From NCBI GenBank assembly GCA_032128875.1, contig JAVLKG010000001.1, positions 288,001 through 352,000 of the forward strand: a stretch of 64,000 nucleotides of DNA, read 5' to 3'. The notes under the pieces are model-generated. The model was not told where the DNA came from and made no database searches. It was given only the letters and a program-made list of their open reading frames with translations. Positions within the stretch are counted from its first letter, which is position 1. Every line of letters begins with the position of its first letter. This stretch comes from Candidatus Melainabacteria bacterium 17Bon1m. GTDB taxonomy: Bacteria > Cyanobacteriota > Vampirovibrionia > Obscuribacterales > Obscuribacteraceae. Position numbers and translations under genes: made by a program. Below are positions 38,459-49,754 of the stretch, piece after piece.

Positions 38459-39532
38459 TTGCAAATAGCTCTTATCGAAGCTAACAAATCGACGGCGCGT
38501 GCCTTAAAGGCAGCGCTGGCCCGCAAGGCGTCTTTCCCTTGCCAGTTTCAGCTTGCTGCTTCCCTTAAGGAAGGGCTATCCGCGCTGAACGAGAAGCCCT
38601 GCGACGTCGTGCTGCTTGATTCTTCCTTGCCGGATAGTGACCCGGTTTCGGCTGTATCGAGAGTTCGCGCGGAATTTCCTTCCATTCCTATTCTTGTACT
38701 TAGCCCAAGTGAGGACACAAATTTTGTAAAGATGATGCACGAGTATGGTGCTCATCCATATGCGATCAAAGGCACCGTGGATGGTGTTCGTCTCGAAGAG
38801 GCTATCAATCAGGCGATCGCACAGGGCAATACGCTAAAAGAAGAGAATGTTCTTCTGAAGAAGAACAAGGAAACACAATCGGAGAACATCAAAACATTTG
38901 CCGCCTTGCTTCAAGGATTGAAGGGACCTTCCTTGATGACAGAACGGATTTTGCAAGTCGTCATCAGCGAACGTTTTGGCAGCCTGCCCTCCGGTATGGC
39001 AAGCATATTCTCGGAGTTGCGCAGTTACAACTGCAAGACTTTAAAGATGATCAATCAGCTTTTGGCCATCTACGAATACGAGATAGATATGCACACCATG
39101 GAGTTCGAACCTGTCAAACTCTCCGAGCTGGTTGAAGAGGCGCTTGCATTGATTGATACTAGCGCCCAAGCTCGCAATGTCACCATAAATTCGGAAGTGG
39201 AGAATGGCGACAAGATTGTTCAATTGAACAAGTCCGGAATGCTAATGGCGCTGCTAACCTTACTCGAAATGGCCATTACCAACACCGGTTTGGATTGTGC
39301 GCTCAGCTTCAAGACGGTTGTCGATGAAAATTCAGTTTCAATTACTGTAGACAATATAAACCCACTGGACAAGCGCAACGACGAAGGGAGTTTTGAGCGA
39401 CTTCCCCCCACATCAGAACCAGGATTGCACTTTTGCAAAGCGATTGCGGAAGCTCATTCGGGTGAGTTACTTTTCCGGTTGGAAGATACGCTCGATTGCA
39501 AATTCATCTTTCGTGTGCCGACAAGTCACTAG
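38459..39532 (+). CDS. Receiver plus degenerate histidine kinase (pseudo-kinase)
   Basis: DVVLLDSSLPD receiver; H-box reads LLQGLKGP; N and G boxes eroded; GLHFCKAIAEAHSG retained. Confidence 0.75.
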   Translation: MQIALIEANKSTARALKAALARKASFPCQFQLAASLKEGLSALNEKPCDVVLLDSSLPDSDPVSAVSRVRAEFPSIPILVLSPSEDTNFVKMMHEYGAHPYAIKGTVDGVRLEEAINQAIAQGNTLKEENVLLKKNKETQSENIKTFAALLQGLKGPSLMTERILQVVISERFGSLPSGMASIFSELRSYNCKTLKMINQLLAIYEYEIDMHTMEFEPVKLSELVEEALALIDTSAQARNVTINSEVENGDKIVQLNKSGMLMALLTLLEMAITNTGLDCALSFKTVVDENSVSITVDNINPLDKRNDEGSFERLPPTSEPGLHFCKAIAEAHSGELLFRLEDTLDCKFIFRVPTSH

Positions 39533-39579
39533 GGATTGCCGCTGGAGTCTGCGACTTTTGAATGATTGCCGCTTTCCCC

Positions 39580-42500
39580 TTAGGCTGTGTAATATTCGTT
39601 CAAGAAGCCTTTTGCAACGGTGAATTGATTTTCTAAGTCATCGAGGTACTTTTGCAAAGCTTGCTCGTCATTTTTTCTCGCGGCGTCCTCGATGGCGTGG
39701 CAAGTCGTCTCCATGTGCGCTATGCCTAGTACTGCACAGACTCCTCGTACTTTATGCGCTGTGTCAGCGATTTCTTGAAAATTCTTGTCTTGTAGCGATT
39801 TGCGGAAACTGACGATTTGCACAGGAGCGTCGTCGACGAACATTTTTATCAACTCTTTTCCGCCAGCTCCAAACTTTGCATTGATGTTTTCAATGTTGAC
39901 AGGCTTGGACAAATCGAGACTGACTTCGGATATGTCAAAGTCTGTCTGTTTCGACTGCCCCGACTTTGGCAAAGGCAGCCACTTATCTAGCATCTCGCGG
40001 AGAGTTTTTGGATCCACCGGTTTACTCAGATAATCATCCATCCCGACGGCGATACACCTGTCTTTATCTTCCCTCATAGCGTGAGCCGTCATCGCCACTA
40101 TTGGTACGTGTGCACCAGTGCTAAGCTCGCGCTTTCTGATGATCTTCGTAGCGAGCAAGCCGTCCATTTCCGGCATCTGGCAATCCATAAACACGAGAGA
40201 ATATGTCCGCATCGAGAGTGCATTGAGCGCTTCCTTTCCGTTGCTCGCAATGTCCACGGTAAATCCTAGCTCTTCTAAATAGAGCTGCGCTACTCTCTGA
40301 TTAATGGGATGATCTTCAACCACCAAAATCAATTCAGATCTTTGCTGTTCGATCTGATTTTCGAAAGACGAAGTGTTGATTTCTTTGTTGAAGATAGTGT
40401 CCTTACAAACCACGTCTGTCAAGCAATCAAGAAGCTGAGACTGTCTAACTGGTTTTGTTATAAACGCTTTGAAGCCCATGTCGATTGCTTGCGCGCCAAG
40501 ACCCGGTGTGTCAAAAGCCGTGAGTAGAACGAGGTCGGTTCTGCTGAGTATTTGATCATTGAGGATTTCCTTCGCCATCTCAATGCCGTTTTTCTCCGGC
40601 ATAACCAGGTCGACAATGGCAACTTTATAGGGGGTGTCATCTACAGATGCAGTGTGTAGTTGCTCCACCGCATCACTAGCACTCACTGCGGTGCCGCACT
40701 GCATTCCCCACGACTGAACATATTTTTGTAGAATCTCTCTTGCGTTAGGCTCATCGTCAATAATAAGCACTCGAACATTCTTCAGCGCCTCATGTGTGCC
40801 TGCCCATCCTTTCACGCCCCGAGCTTCAAGCGGCACTTTGAACCAAAACGTTGAGCCTTCCCCCTTTTTGCTTCGCACGCCTATTGCGCCACCCATAAGT
40901 TCAACTAGCGATTTGGAAATGCTAAGACCCAATCCAGTGCCACCAAATTTTCGGCTTATAGATCCGTCTGCCTGGACGAATGGCTGAAAGAGTTTTTGCT
41001 GTTCATCTTGCGTCAGGCCAATCCCGTAGTCGGTTACAGAAAATACAATGTTCATCATGTTTTCCTGCATTGAATCAATCTCTGCTTTCACGACGACTTC
41101 ACCGGATTCTGTGAATTTGATTGCATTCGATGCGAGATTGAGCAAAACCTGTCTTAGTCTTTCAGCGTCACCTCGTAAGAGTCGAGGTATAGCGACATCA
41201 ACATAACTTAGAAGCGACAGTCGTTTGGTTCTGGCTTGAACAGCGAGAATTTCACAGACACCTTCTACCATGCTCGCAATATCGAATTCGTGCATCTCCA
41301 ATTCAATACGACCAGCCTCGATTTTGCTGAAATCGAGAATGTCATTGATGACCGTTAACAATGCGTCGGCTGCCGACTGAATCGCGCGCGCATATTGGTT
41401 TTGAGATTCGTCGAGTTTTGTTCTGAGCAAAACGTTGCACATGCCTACGATGCCATTCATCGGTGTGCGGATTTCGTGGCTCATGTTCGCTACGAATTCG
41501 GATTTGAATTTTGACGCAGCTTGAGCCTGATCTCTTGCGAGAGATAATTCTTTGTTGAGAACTTCTAATTCCTGTTTGGATTGTAAAAGTCTCTCTTCAA
41601 CTACGTGGCGCTCTGTTATGTCGCGGGTAACTTTTGAAAATCCCTTCAGCTTACCGGCCGAGTCTTTGGTTGGTCTTATGACGACGTTTGCATAAAACTG
41701 ACTGCCATCCTTACGAACGCGCCAACCGAAGGTTTCGCAACTTCCCTGTTCGATTGCTTCCTTTAAAAGCTTACTCGGGAGCTTTCTATCAATATCTGCA
41801 GGTTGATAAAAACACGAAAAATGCTTACCGATAATTTCTTCTTGCGTATATCCTTGAAGGCGTTCGGCGCCATCATTCCATGTCACCACGTTTCCCTTGG
41901 TGTCGAGCATGATGATCGCGTAGTCGAGCACGCTCGATATCAGCGTTCGAAATTTTTCTTCGCTACTCCTTATAGCCTCTTCTGCTGCTTTGCGCTGTGC
42001 AGACTGATGCATGAGCAGATACATCATAACGACGACTGAAGCAGCTATTGAAACCGCGAGCGCAGCTGTGGAAAACGCTGTTTGGCTTGATGTTTTGGTG
42101 ACGGTAGTGTTTTGCTCGTTGAGCACTGCGTTCATGTGCGTGGTCATGACATTCAAATTCACTCGAATATCATCCATCAATTTCTTGCCGGAGTCGGTAT
42201 TCACAATTTTGCGAGCGGTAGCAGAGTCGCCGTGAGTCTGGAGTTCTGTTGTTTGTCTGAGCTCATCCAACTTCGAGTAAACAAGAGAGCCCAGAGCCTG
42301 GATCTGAGAGCGCATCTCTACATCGTTGCCGGCAAGACCGCTCAGTTCTCGTAAGTCCTTGATGATAGATTCTTGTGCTTCATCGTAGGGTTTTAGATAC
42401 GACGGTTTGCCGGTCAGCAGATACCCTCGCTGACCGGTTTCGGCATCTTTTAGATCGGACATCAACTTTTCTAGCTGAACAAGAATTTTCAGCGAGAGGT

Positions 42501-42639
42501 CTGTTTTTGCCGAACTTTCCGCATATTGTGTTGCGTTGTAAAACGAGATGAATGCTGTCGAAGCGAGCAAAAGCAGTGTAAAAACTAGCATGAACCAAAT
42601 GGCACTGCTTTTATCGGATTGATACGATGCTGTTTTCAT
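39580..42639 (-). CDS. Hybrid histidine kinase CHASE3-PAS-HisKA-HATPase-REC-REC-HPt
   Basis: DAETGQRGYLLTG (CHASE3), PAS, MSHEIRTPMNG, GGTGLGL, two receivers, AHKVRG HPt. Confidence 0.95.
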   Translation of the reverse strand: MKTASYQSDKSSAIWFMLVFTLLLLASTAFISFYNATQYAESSAKTDLSLKILVQLEKLMSDLKDAETGQRGYLLTGKPSYLKPYDEAQESIIKDLRELSGLAGNDVEMRSQIQALGSLVYSKLDELRQTTELQTHGDSATARKIVNTDSGKKLMDDIRVNLNVMTTHMNAVLNEQNTTVTKTSSQTAFSTAALAVSIAASVVVMMYLLMHQSAQRKAAEEAIRSSEEKFRTLISSVLDYAIIMLDTKGNVVTWNDGAERLQGYTQEEIIGKHFSCFYQPADIDRKLPSKLLKEAIEQGSCETFGWRVRKDGSQFYANVVIRPTKDSAGKLKGFSKVTRDITERHVVEERLLQSKQELEVLNKELSLARDQAQAASKFKSEFVANMSHEIRTPMNGIVGMCNVLLRTKLDESQNQYARAIQSAADALLTVINDILDFSKIEAGRIELEMHEFDIASMVEGVCEILAVQARTKRLSLLSYVDVAIPRLLRGDAERLRQVLLNLASNAIKFTESGEVVVKAEIDSMQENMMNIVFSVTDYGIGLTQDEQQKLFQPFVQADGSISRKFGGTGLGLSISKSLVELMGGAIGVRSKKGEGSTFWFKVPLEARGVKGWAGTHEALKNVRVLIIDDEPNAREILQKYVQSWGMQCGTAVSASDAVEQLHTASVDDTPYKVAIVDLVMPEKNGIEMAKEILNDQILSRTDLVLLTAFDTPGLGAQAIDMGFKAFITKPVRQSQLLDCLTDVVCKDTIFNKEINTSSFENQIEQQRSELILVVEDHPINQRVAQLYLEELGFTVDIASNGKEALNALSMRTYSLVFMDCQMPEMDGLLATKIIRKRELSTGAHVPIVAMTAHAMREDKDRCIAVGMDDYLSKPVDPKTLREMLDKWLPLPKSGQSKQTDFDISEVSLDLSKPVNIENINAKFGAGGKELIKMFVDDAPVQIVSFRKSLQDKNFQEIADTAHKVRGVCAVLGIAHMETTCHAIEDAARKNDEQALQKYLDDLENQFTVAKGFLNEYYTA

Positions 42640-42942
42640 GGAAGCCTTTAGGGAGCCCACCTCAAGGCCATCGCACACAAGCCTGCGTGTGCGATTTATG
42701 TTCAAAGGAGGTGCCGGGACACCGGGATACCATACAGGGCGCTATCTAAATTGCTGCCCTTGTTAGGTTAAAGCTACAGAAAAAGAATTGAAACCGCAAG
42801 CCCTACACAAGACTAACATTTGCGTAATCGGCAAGTGCGAAATCTCGAAATCTTTGAACAACGGGATTTTTCGGATTCTAGTGTGTACTCAATTGGCTAC
42901 ATGAGTGATTTTGAAACTTTTTAATGATAAAACGCTGTGTCT

Positions 42943-43650
42943 TTAACCGGGCTCTAAAAGGCCATCTTTAAGGGCTTTCACTGCTACTTGCGTGCGGTCC
43001 GATACCATAAGCTTTTCCATGATATGGCGCATATGGGATTTGACTGTATGCAATGTGATGCATAACTTTTCAGCGATTTCTTGATTGGACAATCCATCAA
43101 CAAGCTGTTGAAGGACATCTAACTCGCGTTCTGTGAGGGCGAACAAATTGTCCTTTGTGCCAGGGGCGGACGTCGAAACCCGGCTTGATTGTTGCCCGGA
43201 GGACGCTCTCAAGACACGCTTTGCGATTGCCGGATCAAGCCATGATGCGCCCATATCGCACGAGCGTACGGCTGCCGCAAGCACCTCCGGCTGCGCGTCT
43301 TTCAAGCAGTACCCATCAGCACCGGCAGACAGCGCCGCAAAAATCGCATTGTCCTCATCACTCATCGTGAGGATGATCACTTTTATATCAGGAAAAGAAG
43401 CCTTGATTGACTTTGTTGCTTCAATGCCGTTGAGCACCGGCATATTGATATCCATCATTACAACATTCGGCTTGAGCTGTTGAGCAAGCTCTACAGCGTC
43501 CTTTCCGTTTTCGGCCTCTCCGACAACTTCGAAATCCGGACACCTATTCAAAACTATCTTCAAGCCGAGCCGTGTTATTCCTTGATCTTCGACAAGTAAC
43601 AAGGTAATTTTCGAGTTAGATGTAGGCGGGTTTTCCTCGCCGTTGTTCAT
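42943..43650 (-). CDS. NarL/LuxR-family response regulator
   Basis: MMDINMP receiver; LTERE..VL...GLSNQEIA..L HTH. Confidence 0.95.
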   Translation of the reverse strand: MNNGEENPPTSNSKITLLLVEDQGITRLGLKIVLNRCPDFEVVGEAENGKDAVELAQQLKPNVVMMDINMPVLNGIEATKSIKASFPDIKVIILTMSDEDNAIFAALSAGADGYCLKDAQPEVLAAAVRSCDMGASWLDPAIAKRVLRASSGQQSSRVSTSAPGTKDNLFALTERELDVLQQLVDGLSNQEIAEKLCITLHTVKSHMRHIMEKLMVSDRTQVAVKALKDGLLEPG

Positions 43651-43755
43651 CCTTCATTCTCCCTTCAGCCAACTACTTAGGGGGTTCCAATGAAGAATTC
43701 TACATGTAATTACCTCTGTTGCAAGCCGATAACGTAAGGCATTTTTACGGCAGTT

Positions 43756-45990
43756 TTAGCATGCGCTTTTGCTGAACAGAGGAATCTCAAACCAAAACGT
43801 ACTACCCAAGCCAACTTTGCTCTGCACGCCGATGTTCCCACCGTGTTGTTCTACGAGAGCTTTGCTTACTGCCAGGCCAAGACCGGTGCCTTCACTTCGT
43901 CTCGTATCGGACGAATCGAGTTGCCGGAATTTCTGAAATAGATTTGGCAACTCCTCATCGGGAATTCCGGGTCCGTTGTCCACGATGCTGAAGCGAATTT
44001 GTTCGGCTTCAACGATTCCGTTGACTTTGACTTCTGATCCGTTCTTCGAGAACTTGACGGCATTCGAAATCAAATTGGCGAGTACCTGCGTGCAGCGATC
44101 TTTGTCTACGTTTATAGTTACATGCGGAGGTTCTTGTTCTACGCTTAGTTTGACACCTCGTTCGTCCGCCATTCCTTTGAGGCTGTTGACGGCTTCTGCT
44201 AAAAGTAAGTCGGCTGCAATTGGCTGCAATTGCAAATCAAATTTGCCGGCTTCGATTTTCTTCAGATCAAGTATGTCGTTGATCAATCTAATCAGTCTGT
44301 CTGAGCTTTCGCGCCCTATTCTGATCAGATCGATGCATTTCTGCGAACCATATTTTACGATGCCACCTTCGATCAGGCCCAGCGCTCCGCGAATTGAGGT
44401 GAGAGGTGTTCTCAATTCGTGCGAGACAATTGAATAAAACTCGGAAACACGTTTCTCAGCAGCTTTTCTCTCGCTGATATCGCGATCAATTTGCGATATG
44501 CCGACAATCTCACCATGTTTGTAGATCGGCGCCAAACTCAAACAGACTTCAACCGCCTGTTCGCCGCGCAAACGAGTTGAATCAAGTGACTCGATGCACC
44601 TGCCTTCTTTGACCTTGTCGACAAGTTCGCAAAGTTCTTGCAGCTTGTCCGGCGGCACCAACATTTTGACGCTCTTTCCGATGGCGTCTTTCGCACTGTA
44701 CCCGTAGAGTTTTTCTGCCCCGCGATTCCATCCAGTGATCATGAGATCCATGTTCAAACCATAAATCGCATCCGTGGATGACTCGACGATTTTGGCAAGC
44801 TGTTCGTTAATCTCCTCCGAGCTGCGTCGCAACATGAACTGACCAACCTGTCTTCCAATTGCCACCAATAGCTCGAAGAGTTCCATGGATGGCTGTTTTG
44901 ATTCATTGGTGTAAAACTCGATGACCGCCCTTATCCTTCCGTCAATCACAACGGGGAAGCCAACACCTGATTTCAAACCAGCTTCAATAGCGTATGTTTT
45001 TCTTGTCAGTTTTTCTGCTTCGATATCGTTGATCCATTTTATAGACCCCGCGGATCTTACCAGTCCAGGCAAGTCAGAATCAGACAAAATGTTCAAAGAA
45101 AGAGAGGCGCGTTCAAACTCTTCGCATGTTTCATTCCTGCGCCAAAAGCCGGCGCAGCGCATGTCTGTTTCAAATTCTTCTTGAACCCAAATCGCGCTGC
45201 ACATTACAGTTTCATCTCCAAACACGCAGTTGGAAATGCATTCAAGCAATGGGCTGTAACTGTCTTCGAGTGTCGCTGATTCCGCTAGAATACGAGACAC
45301 TTCGTACTGAGCGGCTACTTGTTTTTCGCTCTGTCTCAATTCCTTTGTTCGTTGCTCTACAAGCAACTCGACGTTTTCTTTGCTCGCCTCAACCTCGGCT
45401 TGCCTGGTAGCAATCGACTGCATTTCCATAATGCCCTGACGGCAACTGATAATCAAAAAGACGTCTTCGAAAACGACCCAGAAAATATGTTCGACAGTTC
45501 TCCAGGGGCTGGCGTAGGCAATGCCATATACCGAGAGAGGAAAAAAGGCACCACGCAAAATGTGATCGACTGCGGCAATAGCAGAAGCCGTGATTAAAAC
45601 ACGCCAATCCCGATAGAATGCCAGAAATGCTAAAGAGCCGAATATCAAAAAGTGAGATTCGATTCGTCCTCCAGTCAAATGTATAAGCAGTGCCGCGAGC
45701 ACCATTTGCGCCACCGCGATCATATGCCTTGTAATGGCAAACCCTGGACGAGTCCTCTGCAAAATCAATGGAAAACCAATTGCGAGTCCGCCGATAAAAA
45801 TCGCGGTCCAGATATGCGGGTGGATTGAACTTGATGTCCCAGCCCAAGTGTGCGGCGAGACAATTGCAGCAACTCCGATAAGGCAGATCCATTCAACTAA
45901 GAAAAGTTTGGCGAAAAGACGGTCGGTCCTTTTGAACAACTGAGTTTTCTGCTCTTGCAACAACTCGTCTATTCTTTGTTGATTGATCAT
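43756..45990 (-). CDS. Membrane histidine kinase (RedC-like His-rich TM domain, GAF, PAS)
   Basis: LIHLTGGRIESHF..F.SLAFLAFYRDW TM domain; GAF; PAS; SHELRTPL; ATGA-coupled to the upstream gene. Confidence 0.9.
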   Translation of the reverse strand: MINQQRIDELLQEQKTQLFKRTDRLFAKLFLVEWICLIGVAAIVSPHTWAGTSSSIHPHIWTAIFIGGLAIGFPLILQRTRPGFAITRHMIAVAQMVLAALLIHLTGGRIESHFLIFGSLAFLAFYRDWRVLITASAIAAVDHILRGAFFPLSVYGIAYASPWRTVEHIFWVVFEDVFLIISCRQGIMEMQSIATRQAEVEASKENVELLVEQRTKELRQSEKQVAAQYEVSRILAESATLEDSYSPLLECISNCVFGDETVMCSAIWVQEEFETDMRCAGFWRRNETCEEFERASLSLNILSDSDLPGLVRSAGSIKWINDIEAEKLTRKTYAIEAGLKSGVGFPVVIDGRIRAVIEFYTNESKQPSMELFELLVAIGRQVGQFMLRRSSEEINEQLAKIVESSTDAIYGLNMDLMITGWNRGAEKLYGYSAKDAIGKSVKMLVPPDKLQELCELVDKVKEGRCIESLDSTRLRGEQAVEVCLSLAPIYKHGEIVGISQIDRDISERKAAEKRVSEFYSIVSHELRTPLTSIRGALGLIEGGIVKYGSQKCIDLIRIGRESSDRLIRLINDILDLKKIEAGKFDLQLQPIAADLLLAEAVNSLKGMADERGVKLSVEQEPPHVTINVDKDRCTQVLANLISNAVKFSKNGSEVKVNGIVEAEQIRFSIVDNGPGIPDEELPNLFQKFRQLDSSDTRRSEGTGLGLAVSKALVEQHGGNIGVQSKVGLGSTFWFEIPLFSKSAC

Positions 45991-46601
45991 AACTGAGCCT
46001 TCTTTGGATCTTCGATGGGACATCCATAAACCGCACCGGATGCAGTTGATGTTCCTTCTCTAAGCGCCTTCACCGCCAAGTCTAAGTTTTTGCATTCACC
46101 TATATGCCCGCGTCCTTCCGTAAGACCGCCGGAGTATTTCAAAATCCCTTTTCGATCAAAAATATAAGTTTGCCCTGAGGTTATTGCCCCGAATTTCCTC
46201 GCTTCTGCTCCATCAATGTCCGACACAAGCTGCGCGCCAGGAACTTCAGCAGCAAGATTCCATATGTCGGTTTTCTCCCACCCCTTCGGAAATGTCGTTG
46301 GAGCGTAGACAAGAAAAATGCACTGTAATGAATTGTCGTTTGTTGTCAGTGTTGCGACTTGTTGTAAGCTCGCACGAGAACACGGGCATTTTGGATGCAA
46401 GAGCATGACCAACGTGTTGTTTGTGGTGCTGCGAGTAATATTGCTATTTTCCGGCCAGTTGATGCCAGACGTTGCCGTCAACCCCGGGATGCTGTCGAAT
46501 TTGAATACTAAACAAACGCCTACGGTTAGTGTGAATAACCAACTGAATGCGCCGATGATAACCCAATTCCTCCTCACCGATGACCAAAACCTGCTCAGCA
46601 T
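45987..46601 (-). CDS. RedB-like membrane-anchored thioredoxin-fold protein
   Basis: HPKCPCSRAS, FGAITSG, YSGGLT..RGH.G, VYGCP. Confidence 0.75.
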   Translation of the reverse strand: MLSRFWSSVRRNWVIIGAFSWLFTLTVGVCLVFKFDSIPGLTATSGINWPENSNITRSTTNNTLVMLLHPKCPCSRASLQQVATLTTNDNSLQCIFLVYAPTTFPKGWEKTDIWNLAAEVPGAQLVSDIDGAEARKFGAITSGQTYIFDRKGILKYSGGLTEGRGHIGECKNLDLAVKALREGTSTASGAVYGCPIEDPKKAQL

Positions 46602-47005
46602 GCCGTCCTTTTTGCCTGTGTTTCAGCGGCTTGCGCAGCCTCCAAAATTGCCACAATTTCGTCGGGCAGTGTGATTGGATCAAATGGTTTTCTGATGACG
46701 CCCGCAGCACCAAGACTTTGGTAATAGTCGATTTCTGTAGACTGAACTTTCGCAGTGAGGAAAATCACTGGAGGCATTGGATTCATCGATTCTTTCAAGT
46801 GTTGAAGAGTCGTTGGTCCGTCCATCCCAGGCATCATGACGTCAAGCAAAATTAGATCGGGCTTCTCTCTCAAAGCGGTTTCTATTCCTGCCTGCCCACA
46901 GTCAGCCATAACCACCGCCCAGTTCCCCACGCCCTCAAGTGTTATCTCAGCGATCGTCCGAATATTCGGATCGTCTTCAATCATCAACACTTTCTCGATT
47001 TTCAT
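46595..47005 (-). CDS. Single-domain response regulator
   Basis: IEDD, LLDVMMPGMDG, FLTAK, KPFDP. Confidence 0.93.
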   Translation of the reverse strand: MKIEKVLMIEDDPNIRTIAEITLEGVGNWAVVMADCGQAGIETALREKPDLILLDVMMPGMDGPTTLQHLKESMNPMPPVIFLTAKVQSTEIDYYQSLGAAGVIRKPFDPITLPDEIVAILEAAQAAETQAKRTAC

Positions 47006-47151
47006 GTGTTCAACCCTTATCTGACACCTGGCTTTGCCGGTGTCTACGTGCCCTCAAATTAATCCTGACAGGTTTTATATGAGTAAGCGTCAGTCGGGGG
47101 TTTGAACCTCTATCACCCGATTTAGTGATTAAGAAGAATGAGGTGCTGGAG

Positions 47152-47571
47152 TTACGGCAACATTAGCGTATTGTCGTAGCTGGCGGTAATCGAGAAGTCA
47201 CAGGTCTGCTGCTTTCTGCGTGCGGAAAGAACGCTGCTAATGAGTTCGTCGTTATCGCAGGAAAGCGAAACAAAAGAGTCGATACCAGCTTGGTACATAG
47301 CTTGGACGTCATTCAGGTCAGTGGAAAATCCCAACCCAACAATGCAGAAGTTAGCACCGGCAGAACGCAGCTGTCGTGCTATTTCAAGGGCATTAGTGTT
47401 GCGCAATCTCCACCCTACAAGCAATGTGTCGCAGCCCGATTTGAGGATCCTTTTGCAAGCATCGTCTCGGCTGTCTCCTGTTTCTACGTAGGTAATTCGC
47501 TCTTCATCCTTGAGAACAATCGAAATGCTAAGCCTGAGTATTTCGCAGTCATCCAAAACAAAGATTCGCAT
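47152..47571 (-). CDS. Pseudo-receiver protein (Asp to Gly)
   Basis: MRIFVLDD...TLLVGW; AAGGAG RBS. Confidence 0.7.
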   Translation of the reverse strand: MRIFVLDDCEILRLSISIVLKDEERITYVETGDSRDDACKRILKSGCDTLLVGWRLRNTNALEIARQLRSAGANFCIVGLGFSTDLNDVQAMYQAGIDSFVSLSCDNDELISSVLSARRKQQTCDFSITASYDNTLMLP

Positions 47572-47729
47572 AGACCCCAGCTCCTTATGGTCGCAATGAT
47601 ATTCTCTCGCGTTTTCGACCCGCGTTATCACCCGATCGGGTTGCAAAAATGAAACTTTTAATACTTGTATGGAGTGAAACAATTGCTGCGGCGTCAAGGT
47701 TTAGCGGCTTTTGAAACCGGAGAAGTTTA

Positions 47730-47754
47730 GGAACTGTCGCCTCGATAGCAGGTC
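47730..47754 (+). promoter_or_regulatory. Putative ECF promoter GGAAC-N17-GTC
   Basis: 27 nt upstream of GTG 47782. Confidence 0.55.
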
Positions 47755-47781
47755 GTTCCTCTCGTCGGCAACAGCTCCAGA

Positions 47782-48021
47782 GTGTTGTATAACACAATCT
47801 TCCGCCCAACCTTCCCCAGAAAGCCTCTCGGTCCAATCTGCTGGGCAATGATGCTGTTCATCACCGGACAAACAGTAGTTATGCCTTTGTGCGGCGTAAG
47901 AGGGCGCTTCAGGCGCCAACCCAAAAGGGTGCTTGTGTATTGGCTCGCGCACGTGCTCTACGGCTTAGCATGCGCATCAAAAGACCGGTCTTCATCAGAG
48001 AAAACCGGTCTGCAATCATGA
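47782..48021 (+). CDS. Small membrane protein, possibly a truncated DUF6789-like gene
   Basis: W.MMLFITGQTVVMP..G and LAHVLYG resemble the C-terminal half of that family. Confidence 0.4.
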   Translation: MLYNTIFRPTFPRKPLGPICWAMMLFITGQTVVMPLCGVRGRFRRQPKRVLVYWLAHVLYGLACASKDRSSSEKTGLQS

Positions 48022-48030
48022 GCGAGTCTT

Positions 48031-49206
48031 TTAAGCAGCCATTTTGGGATGCAGAACGAATTTGGTGCATTCTTTTTTCTCTGCGAACAGCTTGTAAGCA
48101 TCGGCAGCTTGTTCGAGACTTACGTCGTGCGAAATGACAAAACGCGGGTCAATTTCGTTGTTCATTATTCTTTCGAGCAATGGTTTCATATAACGCTGTA
48201 CGTGCGTTTGACCCATCTTCAAAGTCAGACCTTTACCGAAGGCGATGCCCAGAGGGAATCGATCGACAAATCCAAGATAAACACCTGGAATGGAGATGGT
48301 TCCGCCATTGCGGCAGAGTCGGATCATTTCGCGCAGCGCATGCGACCGGTCAAACTCAATTCGCATAAATTGCATTACGCCGTCAAACACAGCATCCAAA
48401 GTATTTCCGTGTGCTTCCATGCCCACTGCATCAATACAAGAGTGTGGTCCCCGGCCTTGAGTTAGTGCAGCAAGGCGCTCCTGAACATCTTCTTTTTCAT
48501 AATTGATCGGAATTGCACCGCTCGTTTCTGCCATCGCAAGGCGTTCGGCAAAACGGTCGATTGCAATCACTTGCCCTGCTCCAAGCATGAATGCACTTTT
48601 GATCGCGAACTGTCCGACTGGTCCGCATCCCCAGACCGCAACCGTGTCACCAGGCAAGATATTGCAGTTTTCTGCCGCCATAAAGCCGGTTGGAAATATG
48701 TCTGACAAAAATAGAGCCTGATGCTCTGTAATGTGTTCGGGCAATACAAGCGCGCCCACATCTATCATCGGAACTCGAACATACTCTGCCTGTCCACCTG
48801 GGTAGCCACCATACATGTGTGAATAACCGAACAAGCCCGCCGCCGGATAAGCCGTCAAAGCCGTTAGTTTGTCATTGTCCGGGTTGGTGGTTTCACAAAG
48901 TGCGTATTTTTGCTCTGTGCACATGACGCATTCGCCGCATGCAATCACAAATGGTATTACCACTCGGTCGCCCACTTTCACTCGTTTTACGTCTTTACCC
49001 ACTGCCACTACCTGCCCTGCGAACTCGTGGCCTAAAATGTCGCCGGGTTTCATCATGGGTGTGTAGCCATCATATAAGTGCAGGTCAGAGCCGCATATTG
49101 CAGTGCAGGTGATTTCGAGAATAGCGTCTGTGGGCTGGATTATTTCCGGATCTGGTACCGTGTCGACTCGAACATCTTTGATGCCATGCCATGTTAGTGC
49201 TTTCAT
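48031..49206 (-). CDS. Zn-dependent alcohol/formaldehyde dehydrogenase (YbdR/FdhA-like)
   Basis: CGSDLH, GHEF, CGECVMC...[23 protein letters not shown]. Confidence 0.95.
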   Translation of the reverse strand: MKALTWHGIKDVRVDTVPDPEIIQPTDAILEITCTAICGSDLHLYDGYTPMMKPGDILGHEFAGQVVAVGKDVKRVKVGDRVVIPFVIACGECVMCTEQKYALCETTNPDNDKLTALTAYPAAGLFGYSHMYGGYPGGQAEYVRVPMIDVGALVLPEHITEHQALFLSDIFPTGFMAAENCNILPGDTVAVWGCGPVGQFAIKSAFMLGAGQVIAIDRFAERLAMAETSGAIPINYEKEDVQERLAALTQGRGPHSCIDAVGMEAHGNTLDAVFDGVMQFMRIEFDRSHALREMIRLCRNGGTISIPGVYLGFVDRFPLGIAFGKGLTLKMGQTHVQRYMKPLLERIMNNEIDPRFVISHDVSLEQAADAYKLFAEKKECTKFVLHPKMAA

Positions 49207-49250
49207 GCAGGTCCCTCCAGTGAGGCTTGTAGCTTCGGTTCTGTTTGTCC

Positions 49251-49275
49251 GACTCTGCACTCTTGAAAGAGTTGC
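49251..49275 (-). promoter_or_regulatory. Putative ECF promoter GCAAC-N17-GTC
   Basis: 44 nt upstream of the dehydrogenase ATG. Confidence 0.6.
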
Positions 49276-49754
49276 TAACTAACTGCAATGTGACGAAATT
49301 TGTACATTTATTCAATGCTTGTCTGAAACTACATGTACCTGGGAGTGACCGGGTTTTTCTTTTGTAATTTGAAGTGATATCAAATATGGTGCGCTGCTGT
49401 TTTGTGTCTGGAAGAGGTCATACGTCGTCCAAAACTGAGCTCTCCAAAACTTGCAGGTGAGTGCAAAATGAGTGGCTGCGTACACTGTATCCCTATATGT
49501 GTGCCCGAAATACCGCTTCACATTAGCCGTTAAGCAGGCTGTCCTCTCGCTTACCTGAAAGTTGCATAGTGAATTCGAATTCGGTTTCGCTAAGGATAAC
49601 CCGCGTTGTTGCAGTGTACTTACAGCGGCACAATGAAGAGAAGGGGCGGCGTCCCGAATCGGTAGAGGGATTCTGCTTTTGATTCGGGGAGCTAACGAAC
49701 GCTTTGCACCCAAATGCTTCCAAACACATGCATAGATCTGGAGATCAACTTTTA

